The translations under genes and the position numbers were made by a program. Shown piece after piece: positions 1 to 13,994 of a DNA stretch of 64,000 nt. Position 1 is the first letter of the stretch; every line of letters starts with the position of its first letter. The notes below the pieces were generated by a model, which had not been told where the DNA came from, made no database searches, and worked only from the letters and a program-made list of their open reading frames with translations. The stretch comes from Chrysomallon squamiferum (lineage: Eukaryota > Animalia > Mollusca): NCBI GenBank assembly GCA_012295275.1, contig CM022670.1, positions 14,322,001-14,386,000 on the forward strand, written 5' to 3'.

Positions 1-958
1 TACGAAAGTGGACAGCATTTGACATTTATACGAGAAAAATATGTTTAAAATGGATTCGACTATGCGGACGACCATACTCTCAAAAAGAAAGTCAATTAAA
101 AGCAAGTTTTCAAATAATAATAATATACACAGTTGATAACTAGCTATATATTCGAATTATCTAAGTATGAATGATATATATGCCCAAATGACCTAAATTG
201 CTTTTGAGGTGAATTCAAACTAAACATTTGGGCAATCTATTGTAAATGTTCAATTATTACACATTGTTTTGAAAATGCAGCTTTAAGACACGTGTGTCAT
301 TTCTTATATTCTTATTTGTTACTTTTCTTTTTTCTTACCTCTAAAATAAACCATGATGCAATATCAGTTTAATACCAAAACATACATATCCAGCCTTACA
401 TGAGCTGTTAGCCTCTGGCGGTTTCTTCTCCAAGCAAACGTGAATATTCAGTCATATCTCCTAATGGAACGACAGCATCTCTCGTTCACTTTCGGTTTTA
501 TTATGGATGTAGCTTTGCGCAAAATAATTTAAACCTTTCTCTTCTGCTTTTCTGGAAAGCACGAAGATATGAAACCGACACATCACCTGGAATAATGTTT
601 AGATCAACTACGCCGTCTGCTACCGATTCCGCCATTTTGAATGTTAGCTTGTAGGACACAGTAACACTATCTAAGTGGGCGTTGCTTATAGAGTAATTGT
701 TGAAACATAAATCTTCCTGGTTTAGCGTGTGAAATTTACAAATTTCTTTATCTTTTTATTACTGTTACATCGTATTATTATGATGATGATGATAATTATT
801 ATTATTATTATTATTGTTATTATTATTATGATTATTATTATCATTATTACTACTACTATTACTATTTTGTAAATTATTCATAATTATGTAATTACTCGTA
901 TGAATGTATGTATGCATCTCTGTGTGTGCGTCTTTGTATACAAACACACATGGGGGTC

Positions 959-990
<32 letters not shown>

Positions 991-1350
991 ATTTTAAATC
1001 AACTATTGAAATGTTTGTTCATAAATGTTTCCAAAATATAGCTCACCGCATCATTGGACATACTGAAAAGAATTTAAAAAACATCGCAAATAACACATGA
1101 TTCCACTGCTAATGTCGAAGCAACCCTGTCCTCTTTCTCGAAGAACGCTAAGCAGTAAATAATACAACATTCAAATATGTCGAAAATATGTACTAATAGT
1201 ATATTTTGTTATTTCTTTCTCTAGTGCTTTTATATTTTACGGCTATTAATGACTTCTTTAACCGAAAATAATAAAAATGTATGAGAACTTACCTGCTCTT
1301 TTCTCCATTTTATTTTCTGTTGTTATGTTTAACAGTATCCGTGAGTGTAG
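1..1350. repeat. Segmental direct duplicate of 9567-10850 (CD225 gene intron 1, exon 1 and 5' UTR)
   Basis: tacgaaagtggacagcatttgacatttatacgag occurs at 1 and at 9567. Collinear similarity continues to gtccgtgagtgt-like sequence at ~1340 and ~10850. Confidence 0.9.
1293..1308 (-). CDS. First coding exon (MEKRA/E) of a tandem CD225/dispanin paralog; remaining exons would lie left of the window
   Basis: ATG GAG AAA AGA GCA G|gtaagt matches exon 1 of the complete gene at 10797-10812 (MENRA/E). Flanking intron 1-1290 aligns with 9567-10795. Confidence 0.7.
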
Positions 1351-1384
1351 GTTAACCGATAAAAAATTTTTTCAAAATAAAACT

Positions 1385-2118
1385 ACCTTTGTATGCACCA
1401 ACACGCAATACTGAAAGCTGATATTCACAAGTTCAATCCGGTTTACAGAATGAAGAAACTTCCCGGTTGTGAAACTGATCGCAGATGACTTGGCTATAAT
1501 GTAAACGACGTGTAGTTGAAGGGGTCACGGGTGCGGCTTCACTAATTTGTTTAACAGGCTTAATCCCAATCTGTTTATTGAATTAATTGTAAATATGATA
1601 ATATTGCCTAAAAATGCCTGCTGCAAGATGATGACAATGTTGATAACAAATAAATACGATGATGAGAAAAATGTCTTCAAAGAATTTATGATTAAAAATA
1701 AAAACAATTTTAATAGATATACAAATATGTGAATTGATTTTTGCTTCCTTTTATTCACAGTTCCCTTTAGCAAGATTTTAAATATTCAACAAAAACATGT
1801 ATGTACCGAACATGTATGAATGGATGTATGACCATGTTCCTATTATTAAATTCCCAAGAATAAATAAACTAATTAAGTATTCGTTGTAGGAATGAATACT
1901 CTCAGAGACTGGTTCATGCTTAGACTCAGCGTGTTAACCTTGAACACATCTTTGTCTCTCAAACAAGTCAGACTCCACAGTGTATTTAGCTAATCAAGTG
2001 ATGCAGCACATGTGCTTCAGCGACAATAATAGTGATGTACTCAAACTTTCTAAACAAATAAAATGTTATATATGAAGGTAAATCGTATTGAAAACCAATA
2101 CTTTATATCGAAGTCAGT
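1385..2118 (+). repeat. ~730-bp non-coding block, one of five copies in the window
   Basis: Near-identical to 14720-15455 (+) and 63135-63855 (-). More diverged copies at ~21190-22030 (+) and ~56560-57400 (-). Shared motifs include gaaagctgatattcacaagt and ctctcaaacaagtc...ccacagtgtatttag. Confidence 0.85.
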
Positions 2119-2312
2119 GACAGGATGTCTTGTGATTTCCTCTTATTGTAATAGTTCACTGACTGTTGTCAGAGAGGTTATCAGTGTTACAGAATCAGTG
2201 GTTGGCAACCATCTGTGCATATATTAGTGTCGTATCTCTCGTTTTTCTTTGTCACCCTGGTATTACACTGTAAAATATTTATTGAAAATTAAATTTAAAA
2301 AATATATATTGC

Positions 2313-2407
<95 letters not shown>

Positions 2408-2676
2408 TTAAAAGTCAGCATCCTGAAAGTCAGAGTCCTGAAAATGCAGTATGTTACAACTTAAATATATTCAGTGTAAATATTTCAGGCACATGTACTA
2501 CATATATAATTTTAAGGTAAACCTTTAAAATACTACTATCTATAAAATACCTTTGTTTCCACATGTAGCGTCTTCTCGTGTATCTCGTGTATTACTGAGG
2601 TCTCTCTGAGAGCAGTGATGTTCGTTTTACCGTGTTGAATGGTCTGTCCTGATGCTGGAATTATTCTAATCATCAT
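2113..2676 (-). pseudogene. Remnant of a receptor PTP paralog: two D2-domain exons
   Basis: Exon 2551-2676 (126 nt, ag/gt intact, MMIRIIPASGQTIQHGKTNITALRETSVIHEIHEKTLHVETK) is paralogous to 40040-40165. Exon ~2113-2256 (GDKEKREIRH*YMHRWLPTTDSVTLIT...) is paralogous to 39433-39584, has two stops and is truncated. Confidence 0.8.
2314..2402. repeat. (AG)n microsatellite
   Basis: Pure AG run. Confidence 0.95.
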
Positions 2677-2931
2677 CTAAAATTCTGTATTTAATTTAAT
2701 AAGTTAAAAAAAAAAATGTACGGTATCTAATAAGAAACAATATCGTTTGTCTACATTACATTGAAAATATAAGTTTTCTCATTAAGGAAAACGCAATACA
2801 AATAATAATAAAAATAATAATAATAGTAGTACTAGTAGTAGTAATAGTAGTAGTAGCAGTAACAGCAACAGCAGTAATAATAGTAGCAGTAATAATAGCA
2901 GTAGAAGCAACAACAGTAGCACCTGCAGTAA

Positions 2932-2963
<32 letters not shown>

Positions 2964-3649
2964 ACAGTGGTGATAATAATAATAACAACAACAGGAGCAA
3001 TAATAATAATTTTCATCATAAGAAACATTTAGACAATTTATTGCAAAAAGAAATTTACACTTTCAGAAGCAACAAATATAACATTCATCTAGAAACTGAG
3101 ACTGAAACTGAAACAAAATTAACGTGCCAGTCATAGCAAGCTGTTGTGAAGCACCTCTACGACGGACACGCTTTCTGACAGGTAACCTGGAAGTATTCAA
3201 AATACATTGATAATATTCATTCTTACCACAATCCAGAGGACTAATAATAGCGTTATGATTATTTATTTGGCATACCACTCCAGAGACATTGTCACAGTCT
3301 CATGACTGAAATGTGTGAAGAACAGAGGCGATTAACGAGATTAACCTTAATGAGCAGTGAAGAGCAGACTTGAGCCGGAATAGAGATTGCAAGAAAATTC
3401 ATGCTTGGAGTCATGAAATTAATGTTATATCTCAGTAAAACCTCGAGACAGGGAATACTACCAATTTAGACGTGTGGGGTTAACGTGATCAATTAAGAGA
3501 TGTATGAAGAGGGTAGTCAGAGTAGAGGTTGCAAGGAAATTAATGTTATAACGTAAAATTTGGAGACATGAAATACTATCTATATAAATACTGTACAGTC
3601 ATGATTTTTGTTATGTTTGATCATCGCTGCGAAGGTAGAAATTTCGGAC

Positions 3650-4045
3650 TGCAGAAAACAAGGTGCGGACCTTATAATTGATGAATATAGGTAAGCACGG
3701 CGCATTAGTAACAAGAATGGTACGGTACCATGGAGATGTTTCTAATCGAGCTGCCTTTAACCGTGACTGCTACAACTGATGGGACAGTGGTGAGGAGAGG
3801 CAAATACCACATCCATTCCTCGGATGAGAGCGAAGTTGCTGTCCACCTATTGACCAAAACCATGCGGAAGCGAGCACGGGAGGAGCTGACCAGTATCCCA
3901 AAGATATATGACGAGGAGAGGAAGAAGTTGTTGACCGGGTATGGAGACGCAACAGGACACAGCTTCCAAGTTGAGTATGTCTGAGGGCATCAAATCCAGT
4001 TTGTACCGAGAGACAGCGAAAAAGGCCCCGTAAACTCCTAAGGCA
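3650..4045 (+). mobile_element. Degenerate FLYWCH/Mutator(MULE)-like transposase 5' fragment
   Basis: GC-richer island. Frameshifted translation reads LIIDEYR*...NGTVPWRC..SC / ...GKYHIH...MRKRAREELTSIPKIYDEE / ...IKSSLYR...P. This resembles a FLYWCH zinc finger (WRC...C...HxH) plus the linker seen N-terminal to MULE transposase domains. Confidence 0.55.
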
Positions 4046-4076
4046 TATTTAATTATAATCTATATTTGTGTCAACC

Positions 4077-4253
<177 letters not shown>

Positions 4254-4739
4254 CACTCAGTATATAGCTTAACCTCGACCTTAAATGTCACAATAGTTAA
4301 AATAAAGTAAATTAGTTTAGTCAGCTAAGTTTAGAATTATTGTTCAACATGAATGTCATTGCTAGTACAACAAATGACTTAGTTTTAAATACATCTTAAA
4401 CCCTTCCATCCAGGTTTACATCTTCAAATACATTCCCCTATTTTAATATTGCGAAACGAGTTATCGTTCTTGCAGTTTCTGTCATTACATTTGTAACGAC
4501 AACCGATGCGTTATCAGATTCTGAAATATTCATCAAATATCTGTTGTTCATATCGTTGGCAATCATACCATATATTGTGGATTTATATTATTATTTTATT
4601 TTTTTATTTATGTATTTATTTATTTATTTATTTATTTATTTACATGTTTGTTTCTTTGTTTGTTTGTTTATTCATTTATTTATGTTCTCTGTTAAAAAAA
4701 TAAAGAATTGTATATTAATAAAAGAAGATATCAAATCAC

Positions 4740-4862
4740 CTGTACAGTCAACACCTTTCCATTCACCTTTACATCCCGTTTTACATTCACCATCACTGTG
4801 ATTACAACATAACTGACCATTACAGCATCTGTCTGTACGAAACTTTGAACAGTTGAACCGTG
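4740..4862 (-). pseudogene. Orphan degenerate EGF-like exon
   Basis: NCSKFRTDRCCNGQLCCNHSDGECKTGCKGEWKGVDCT G|gt has the Cys spacing and phase-1 end of the receptor's EGF exons. No clean 5' part is visible. Confidence 0.6.
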
Positions 4863-5641
4863 AGAGATAATTCATTAGAATAACGATAAAATTATCTATT
4901 AGTAACCAGAGACTTTAAAATTGTTATATAGAATTAATGAGTTTAATATAATGTACTTTATTAAAACACTGAATGCACCGAAAGATACAAATGGATGAAT
5001 CTGTTAAAAATAATTTATTAAATGTTAAGTTTGTCTCTCTGTTTCTCCATACAGGATGACAGTCTCCAATACTCGTTTTGGTTTTTGAATCGCACATTGT
5101 CTGTTCTACAGATTTTATTTGTATGTCATATGGTGTTTAATTCTCTGAAAGTTTTATCTAAATAATTATTTAAAAAATAAAGCTTATGTGCAAATATAAT
5201 TTTTTTTTTTTTTTGTATTTCGTTTTCATCGGAAAGAAGAAATGAAAAAAACCCAGCAGTAAATGTCACATGATTATATTTTTATTAAAATTGAATAAAA
5301 TACAGAAAACTAGTTGCTAACATTTAATAAAACAAATCAACATATAAAACATTTCAGTGCTACATATCAATAGGTCTTTAGTATCATTGTCCAAGTAATT
5401 TTTAAAGCTTTTGAAATAGAAAACTTAGGAGAAAAAAAAATTGGTATGTAAAAATAAATGAAGTGTTTATTATTTAGAAGAAAAAAGTACATAATAAAAC
5501 AAGGTTTTATGACTGGTTAGTAGCTTATCTAATTAATTATTCATTGGTTAGGAATATTGAAGACTGTAATACTAGTGTCGAGCCGAAGTTTCAGTTTTAT
5601 TATCCGTAATATTGCCTCGACTTAGTGTTGTATATGACGAG

Positions 5642-8436
5642 TCAGAGAAACATAGAAATAATAGTGCAGATACCACCAGCCACAATGGCGCTAGTTGCTA
5701 TATTCTTGGCATACACGCCGTTACGTCTTGCCTCCTCAACTTTACCAGCGTTGAACGAAAATCGGGACTGAAAAAATAAACAGAAAACAGATTTACAAAA
5801 TCGTGCAGCCATTTCCGGCGATATAATTCTGTTTGTCTGGGACTTTTTTCATATTTTTAATAAACTTATGTGTATATATTAGTGGTGGGTGGGTGTATGG
5901 GTGTGTGAGCTGAGTGAAATATGTAAAAATAATTAAAGAAAATAAATTATTTAATTTCATTTGCTAGTATCTTGACAAATGGTAACTACTAAATGTCTCA
6001 GACATTAGTCACACACTGGAAATTAAAAAGTATCGAAATGCCATCCCCCTGCGTAACCTCCATTTTAGTCCCTATTTATATCTTGTCATTACGACTAAAG
6101 ACAAGTGAGCAAGTAGTGCTAAGTTCTAAATGTTAGTAGCCTTTATTCATTAAAATCATGTTCAAGAGACACCTAATATTTCTGCTCTGTCTGTGCAAAA
6201 TGGCAGAATCATTAGAAACAATTTTTAACAATATCAGATAAATAAAATGTAAATGATGGTAAAATACAGAAAATGTATATTACATATTGTCAACAAGCAT
6301 ATTACACAAATTGGCTAATCCTAATCATTTCATGAAATCACTGAACATTTTAGGCATTACATGAACAGACTGGTGGTCATAGGCATTACGTGAAATGATT
6401 GATTATTTCAGGCATTTCACGTCATGACAGATTTTATAGATTAATTGAAACACACTTACATACTGGCACGAAAATATTTAGTTCTCCCAATGACTTACCG
6501 CACATGAAAAGATGAGAGAGATGGTGGCGATAGGAAAGCAGAAAACACACGATAGGAGAGAAAACACCAGGTAATCAGGGGGTCGGGCTGCAGGTTGAAC
6601 AATCAAATTGTTCGCTGGTTGTTGAGTAATCTGAAAGTAATATGTAACAGCATTAATCTTTATATGCAAACAAAATTAAAATATATTATACACATATAGA
6701 AAGTGATACTGAGTTTTGGAATGATGATGTGGTACTGCAACCAGAACAACGGTTGCCCTCTTATTTTGTGCAGGCAGCAACAAAGTTATACATTTTGCAT
6801 AGCAAGCAGCTTACGTTTCTGGTCCATTTCGCTGCGTGCAGATTACGATATGAAAACGAACTCGTTTTAAAAACGTCATACAAATTCCTGAGCCAGCAAA
6901 GATACTGGTAACTTGATAATTTCATACTAAACTAGTCTACAGTCTTAGTATGTTACAAATAAGTATGAAGCAAGCCAGTTGTAAATCTGTTTAGCAGTAT
7001 TTCTTAACTGTCTTCCCTTGAACGTGAAACGAATAAACGAAAGTGTGACTGACTCACCTACTCACGGACTGATTTACGGAATAACACTGTAATAAAGTTA
7101 TTAACTAATCAGTGACTTACTCACTGACTGAGAAAGTAACTCGCAGATAATAAAGTGATTAATTATATGCATTTATAAAGAGACGCACTGTCCAATGTAG
7201 AATAAATAAATGAATAAATAATAAAGTGTTCATGTGAACCTTATGCCATTTTAATTGAGGATATTTAGGTGTCATGCTTAAGTTTATTTTTTAATGAGAA
7301 TATGATAAGAAAGCCGCCCTCATTAATCACTCGATTAGGAACATTGTTTTCAATCCTCTTGTTGTTGTTGTTTTGTGTTTTTTCTCTTATATAGTTTCTC
7401 TTTATTTCAGTACGATTTTGCATCTTTTTTTTTTTAAATTTCGGGGAGGGGATGGTTTCTTTCTTTCTTGTTCTTTGTGCTTTCTTCTGTGTTAGTTTTT
7501 CTTCTTTCTTGGGGCGGGTGGTGGTTGTTTTTGATCTTGCTTTCTGTGTACCATTCCAAAGGAAGTCATAGACCATACATTTAATGGAATAGGAGATAGC
7601 AAGTAATAAAGAAAATCAAATAAAAATGAATATTGATCTATCCCTAGCTGAAGATTCGCGATCATACAGTTAAACACTTAAACAAACAAAGAAACAAACA
7701 AATACACAAATCAATAAATAAATTGATAAATAAAGGCATGTATGAATGAATGAATTAATAATAAGTGCAAACTGCTATACAGTTTCATTGACATCCGGAG
7801 CATCAGCACTATATGTTTTGTAAATCTTCTCTTGTTTTGCCTCGTGAACATTATTAATTTCATCAAATGTACACCACTTCGCGATCCGCGGTCTTCCTTG
7901 AATAACACTTATAAGTATTTAAAAAATTATTATTGTAAAGTTTTACTGAAGCTCATATCAAAGTATAAAGTTAATAACTGCACGAATCAGTGTATGAAAT
8001 ACACAAAGATTCATATGTTCGACGATATTTCCTTTTTACACGTAGAATAACAGCAGGACGTTTTAAAAGTATGTAGTTGTTTTCTTATTATTTCCGGAAT
8101 AACTTAAAATATAAAACTACTAAAATAAATGTTTTATGTGTATTTTATTGAGATAGACTCACAAATTGTACAGAGAATCTACTTACTACCATTTGACCTT
8201 GTCCTGTTACTGGTCCGTAACGAGGTGGCGGCACATATCCTGATGACGGTGGTGGACCGTATCCTTGTGACTGTTGCCCATATCCTGGTTGAGGTTCTCC
8301 TAGACAGCAACCTTCTGGAGCTGGAGTATGTGCCGGAGGTGCAGGTCCATAAGCTTTTGGTGGAGGGGGTCCATAATTCACTTGTGGTTCACCATATGCT
8401 GGTGGTGGCTGAAATAAATCATCATCATCATCGTCG

Positions 8437-8491
<55 letters not shown>

Positions 8492-8493
8492 CC

Positions 8494-8531
<38 letters not shown>

Positions 8532-8734
8532 GTTATTATTATTATTATTTATTTATGTTTATTTAGTTGTTGTTGTTGATATTTATCCATGTTAAGTTTA
8601 CATTACACAGGGATGCACACCAAAAACTACTACTGTCCTAAATACAAAATAATTGAAATATAACGACCAGCGAAAGAAAAAATAATTAAAGTGATATAAA
8701 GAAAAAACAAATCAAATGATAATAATAATAATAT

Positions 8735-8776
<42 letters not shown>

Positions 8777-10812
8777 TAATAATAATAAAAATAATAAAAA
8801 AAAAAAAAAAAAAAAAAAACAACAACAACAAAAATAATAAACGGAAATTTATGTATGGAATTCCAAATTTATATTTTTACATTTTGAAACAACTTACATT
8901 TTGGGGTGGACACTCTTCGTGAGCAGCCTCTGAAATAAATTTTAAAAATATACATCAATTTTCGTTCTGAACGTTTCACAAAGAAAATGTCATGAAAAAT
9001 ACGTTTTTTAATTGAAGATGAATTAAAAACAAACCTGATTATATTTGCCTTTCAATGTTCTATTACATAGCATATAAAGAGATTAGAAAAAAATAAATAA
9101 ATAAATAAAGAACATTTCGTTCGTATTTTAAATTATTTGAGGTAGAGAAATTATAGGGATTTCTTCTTCTTCTTCTTCTTTTTCTTCTTTAATTATGTAT
9201 TTTCGTTTTATTTTGTTTTTTATTATTTATTATGAAAGTTTTTTTCTTCTATTCTTTGTTTTGTTTCGTTTTGTTTCCATTTAATGCTGTTTCATTGAGG
9301 TATGACCCAAATGTCAGTGTTGCAAGTAAACTAGCTTTATGTGTATTCCTCTGTAAAGTGTAAAGATTTATATCAAATACAAAACATTTCTGACACACCT
9401 TAAAACCGTCTCTTTACAGCACACCCAGTCTCTGTTCTATTTGTATGTTGATCATTGTTTTATTCAGTTGTTCAGTAAACGTTAATACTTCCTTTGTCAT
9501 AAGGCATTATTCATAGGCACAATGGTGAAGTCATCTGCTTGGAGAACATGCAAATCGGATGAACGGTACGAAAGTGGACAGCATTTGACATTTATACGAG
9601 AAAAATGTTTAAAATGGATTCCACTATGCTGACAACCATACTTTCAAAAAGAAAGTCATTTATAGACAAGTTTTCAAATAATAATAATACATGCAAATGA
9701 AACAAAATTGGTTGTGAGGTGAATTCAAACTAAACATTTGGGCAGTCTATTGTAAAAGTTCAGCTATTACATTTTCTTTTGACAATGCAGCTTTAAGACA
9801 CATGTGTCATTTCTTATATTCTGATTTGTTACTTTTCTTTTCTCTTTCCACTAAAATAAACGATGCTGCAATATCAGTTTAATACCAAAACATACATATC
9901 CAGCTTTACATGAGCAGTTAGCCTCTGATTATTTCGTCTCCAAGCAAACTTGAATATGCAGTCATATGCAGAATATTTTTTAGATCAGCTACGCCGTCTG
10001 CTACCGATTCCGCCGTTTTGGATGTTAGTTTGTGGGACACAGTAACACTGACTAAGGGGGCGTGGCTTAAGGTGTAATTATGGAAACGAACTGAAAGGAC
10101 TAGCTGAATAAATCTTCCTTGTTTAGCGTGTGAAATTTACAAATTTCTTGATCTTTTTTATTACTGTTACATCGTATTATTATTATTAGTAGTAGTAGTA
10201 ATAGTAGTATTATTGTTATTGTTATTGTTATTATCATTATTACTACTACAACTACTATTTTTAGATTATTCATAATTATGTAATTACTAGTATGAATGTA
10301 TGTATACATATCTGTGTGTACGACTGTGTATACATTTATACAGACGTACACACAGGGTTATATAATCATATATATATATATAATTAGTTGTCTATCACAA
10401 TTATCATTATTAATGTTAGCATTTTTATTTACAATTTAAAATCAACTGTTAAAATGTTTGATCATAAAGATTTAGCAGGATATAGCTCACCGCAATATTG
10501 GACGTACTGAAAACAATAAAAAAAAAAAAATTTGCCAACAACACGGGATTCGCCTGCTAATGTCGAAGCAACCCTGTCCTCTTTCTCGAACAACGTCAAC
10601 CAGTAAATAATACAACATTCAAACATGTCGAAAATATGTACTAATTGTATATTTTGTTATTTCTTTCACTAGTGTTTTTATATTTTACACGGACTTCTTT
10701 AATCGATCCCTCTTTATATCTGTTATTTAGACAACACCCTGTATAGCTCGTTTAATGTTATTTTTTTACAACAAACCTTAATGTATGAGAACTTACCTGC
10801 TCTATTCTCCAT
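5642..10812 (-). CDS. Proline-rich CD225/dispanin-domain membrane protein (IFITM/PRRT1-like), 5 exons, 175 aa
   Basis: Exons 10797-10812, 8898-8929, 8187-8408, 6499-6630 and 5642-5767 all have gt/ag and join in phase (528 nt). Protein: MENRAEAAHEECPPQNPPPAYGEPQVNYGPPPPKAY...PPDYLVFSLLSCVFCFPIATISLIFSCASRFSFNAGKVEEARRNGVYAKNIATSAIVAGGICTIISMFL*. This is the typical CD225 layout: PxDY, hydrophobic segment with Cys, G-x-x-x-x-A loop, second hydrophobic segment. Confidence 0.88.
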
Positions 10813-12179
10813 TTTCTTATCTGTTGTTATTTCTGAACAGTGTCCGTGAGTGTGTAAAGGAATGAACAGTAACACTGGTTTCTTTCGAACGTTTACCGTC
10901 TACTGTTGCGCAAATACGTGTGATTATACAGTTTTCTCCAATAACTGCGGCGTGTCATGACGTTGCTTCTGGATAAAAACAGTAAAGGAGATTGCACAAT
11001 ACCAAACAGTCTTTTGTTCTCACTGACAAATAAAACAGTATGTGTCATTGTCACGGGAGGTCTAACCTGCACCACACAGCCTTACCTACAGACTTCCTTG
11101 TATCGGGCAGATTTGGCTCGGCTCTAAGGAGATAACAATCTGCAGATCGACCTCTCCTCCAATTCATTGTTACAATACTTTAATACACGCATATATATAA
11201 AGAGAGTTAAATAGATTCTTGGCAGAAATCCAAACAAAAATTAATTTATAATTTAAAATGTTTTTAAATCATTTTACAAAACAAACAAGAGCCCAACTAC
11301 TGTACAGTTAAAAGCAGTTGACACCTGTTGTATAGAAAATCTGTTGTTTGAAACCTGGTTAATTAGTAAGAGGTAACGAATGTTTAACTACACCTCGGCA
11401 GTATTTAAAATTAATAGTTATTACGTGACGGAGAATATCTTATAGCTGAATTCATTATTGATAAACTGTCTGCTAATTACAGTTTATGTTTGAGATATGC
11501 CACAGTCTGACTAGGAAAACACTTCAAACCAAACTGATAACTCTCAAGAAATAAAAAAGTGATTATGATAAAAATAGATACTGATGTTGCTGGACACAAC
11601 GGATCTACTTACCAAGTTTATATCAAATATCTAGTTTATCATAATCATTTGTTTCTTTAAAGGATACACTTTAATATCAACATCCCAGTTACATAATATA
11701 GATGATGCAGTTTCATGTTTTTAATGCCAAAATCTTGGAGATTTTTTACTTGAGTCATTAAAAAGAAAACGTTGACGCAGTCGAATGTTTCAGCTCATTT
11801 AAAGAACGAAAAACATCCCAGTTAGGCGATGAGTCAATCTTGGAGTGTGTGGAAAAAAGAAACCATTGATGCAGTTGAATCCCTTAACTATTTGTAGCTC
11901 ATGGATAAACTGTTGCACATGCAACAGAATTCCCATCCTGTGATCCGTCTAACTAGACTGTAATGTATTTAAACTATTGGTCTTGAATTACTATGAACAT
12001 TTACTTGTACACAACATATTTTCTCAGATGCGTAAGATCCAAACACAATTTCAGGTGTTGTAAAATACCAAGGATGTAAATGAAGGTAACAAGGAGTTTC
12101 TAAAGTATGAGTTAAATCACTATGGTGTTTTGGTTTAAAGACATTTATCACAATTCATGAAGAAATGGTCATATTGTAT

Positions 12180-13282
12180 ACAGTCAGTTCCCTTCCATGC
12201 TGCCTAACATCTATATCCTTACCGCAATGTCCATACTGTACATCACAGATAAATGAATAATTTTACAGTGACAGAACTTGTAAAAGACGTGAACCGTGTG
12301 TAGAGTGTGTTCCTTTCCAGCCTGCCTGATATCCAATGGTAACATAGTTTGTTACAGTTTGGTCCGTAACTGGTATAATATGTACAAGCTTGTACAGAAA
12401 TAATATCTGATTAAAATCAGAACTTAAAAAACCCAATTTACTGCTTACATGTAAATTCAGTTAAATGCATAAAGGACCATATTTCTAAGACAATTTAAAA
12501 AAAAAAAAAAGATTTTTAAAAAGATTTCTTTTTCTTTTTATGAAATAAATAAATTTAACTACATAATTATATAAATATTTGCAAGAACTAAAATTTATAA
12601 AATATCTGTACCTTGGGTATAGTCATTTCCTTTCATCATGTCTGACATCCCTTAGTACCACAGTTTCCATACTGTACAACACATAGTGAATTTTTTCAAA
12701 CACATTGACGATCTCTACATTTTTTATTACAGTTACTTCCATATACATGCTGGAAAGAGATTAATAATTGTACGAACATAAATGACGAATGACTATTCCC
12801 AAAAATGGTGATACGAAAAGTCAAACGTGCATTAAATTACTAAAATAATTAGTAATTCACGAAATAAACACCAAGTGACAGCTAAACCGAACAATCAAAC
12901 TCGATACAGACGAAAGGACTGATTGAAACAGGAATTCAAAGATCGAGATATAGGACAGCAGAAATTAAAAGATATTACAATGTATTTCTGTTAATCAGTG
13001 TTAAAAAAGACGAACTGTAAACGAATTAAATAGAATACCTTTAACTGTAGTTTTTTATTGCACAGTTACATGAATATCTTGCAAATTATAAAAAATATGT
13101 AAAATATCTCAAAGGCTTGAGCCTTGAGAACAGTCAGTTCCTTTCCAGTCTGTCTGACGTCCCTCAGTACCACAGTTTCCATACTATACATCACATGGTG
13201 CACGTGTTGAAACACAGTGATGATCATTACAATGTCCATTACAGTTTGGTCCGTAAGTGGGCAGAGAGCTATCTACGTGCTG
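12180..13282 (-). pseudogene. Cluster of 3-4 dead EGF-like exons of the lectin-EGF-PTP family
   Basis: ~13125-13280 reads YGPNCNGHCNDHHCVSTRAPCDV*YGNCGTEGRQTDWKGTDCSQ. ~12620-12750 reads YGSNCNKKCRDRQCV*KNSLCVVQYGNCGTKGCQT. ~12180-12390 holds similar fragments. All are homologous to exon 50656-50808 and carry stops or frameshifts. Confidence 0.75.
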
Positions 13283-13994
13283 GAAAAGTAATAATAATTA
13301 AAATGATCTATGTGTATTGTTTTATGGATATATTAACAAATTTCAATGAATTATTGTCCACTTATATATATGTATATATATATAACCGGGTTTTCGTTAA
13401 CAATGACGAGATTATCTATTTTTTGTCTCAAGTAGTTATAGTTATTGTAATAGTAATAATAGTAACCATAGTAGTCATAGTAAAAGTAACAGCTATTATT
13501 GTAGAAGTGTTATTAACAGTAAGTTTATTTACTTTTGTAAACTATTTACCTCTAACAGTTTCTACATACAATTACATAGGTCTTAAACAAACCATGTACA
13601 AGAGTTTTTATTTAAGCATTGAATATTATGATAATGCAATAAGTCTGATCAGTATAGATTAGGGAGAGTCTATTCATACAGCTACAAACAAGTATTGCTC
13701 TTGGCTGCAAGACGATCAAGAAAATACATAAGAAGAAGGAAGACAAATTTTCATTTTCAGATAGGTAGATCTTAACTTAAAAGAAAAAAGTATTCATTTT
13801 ACGTTAAGATCTAAATATCTATAAATGAAACCTTTTCTTCCTTCTTCTTTTACCATCGCCCAACCACACACACAAAATCTACTTCAAATATGATAGTAAA
13901 TAAACTGATACATTATCTAAAAATAAAGTAGTTTCTGATATAATCTCTGCAACGTTTTTATTTGCTTATATTTGTTTTCTTATATTTCATTCAA

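Noticed and set aside
2756-3028. ORFs with poly-T, poly-L or poly-I tracts, and the many similar SLSL, ERER, HTHT, YYYY and FFFF ORFs across the window
   Set aside because: They are translations of (TAG)n, (ATT)n, (AG)n, (CA)n and poly-A microsatellites, with no splice or domain support.
3104-3114. ISRE-like GAAACTGAAAC (also at 53256-53266) and kB-like GGGAAGTTTC in the repeated module
   Set aside because: Short motifs are expected by chance in 64 kb of AT-rich DNA, they are not at a demonstrated promoter, and they are not strictly conserved between copies.
3063-3305. Possible further minus-strand exon remnants with ag/gt-like ends
   Set aside because: I could not align them to any exon of the receptor or the CD225 gene.
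8129-8566. 145-aa plus-strand ORF
   Set aside because: It is antisense to the real CD225 exon 8187-8408 and extended by an (ATT)n tract.
13117-13662. 181-aa plus-strand ORF
   Set aside because: It is antisense to a dead EGF exon plus low-complexity sequence, with no recognisable domain.
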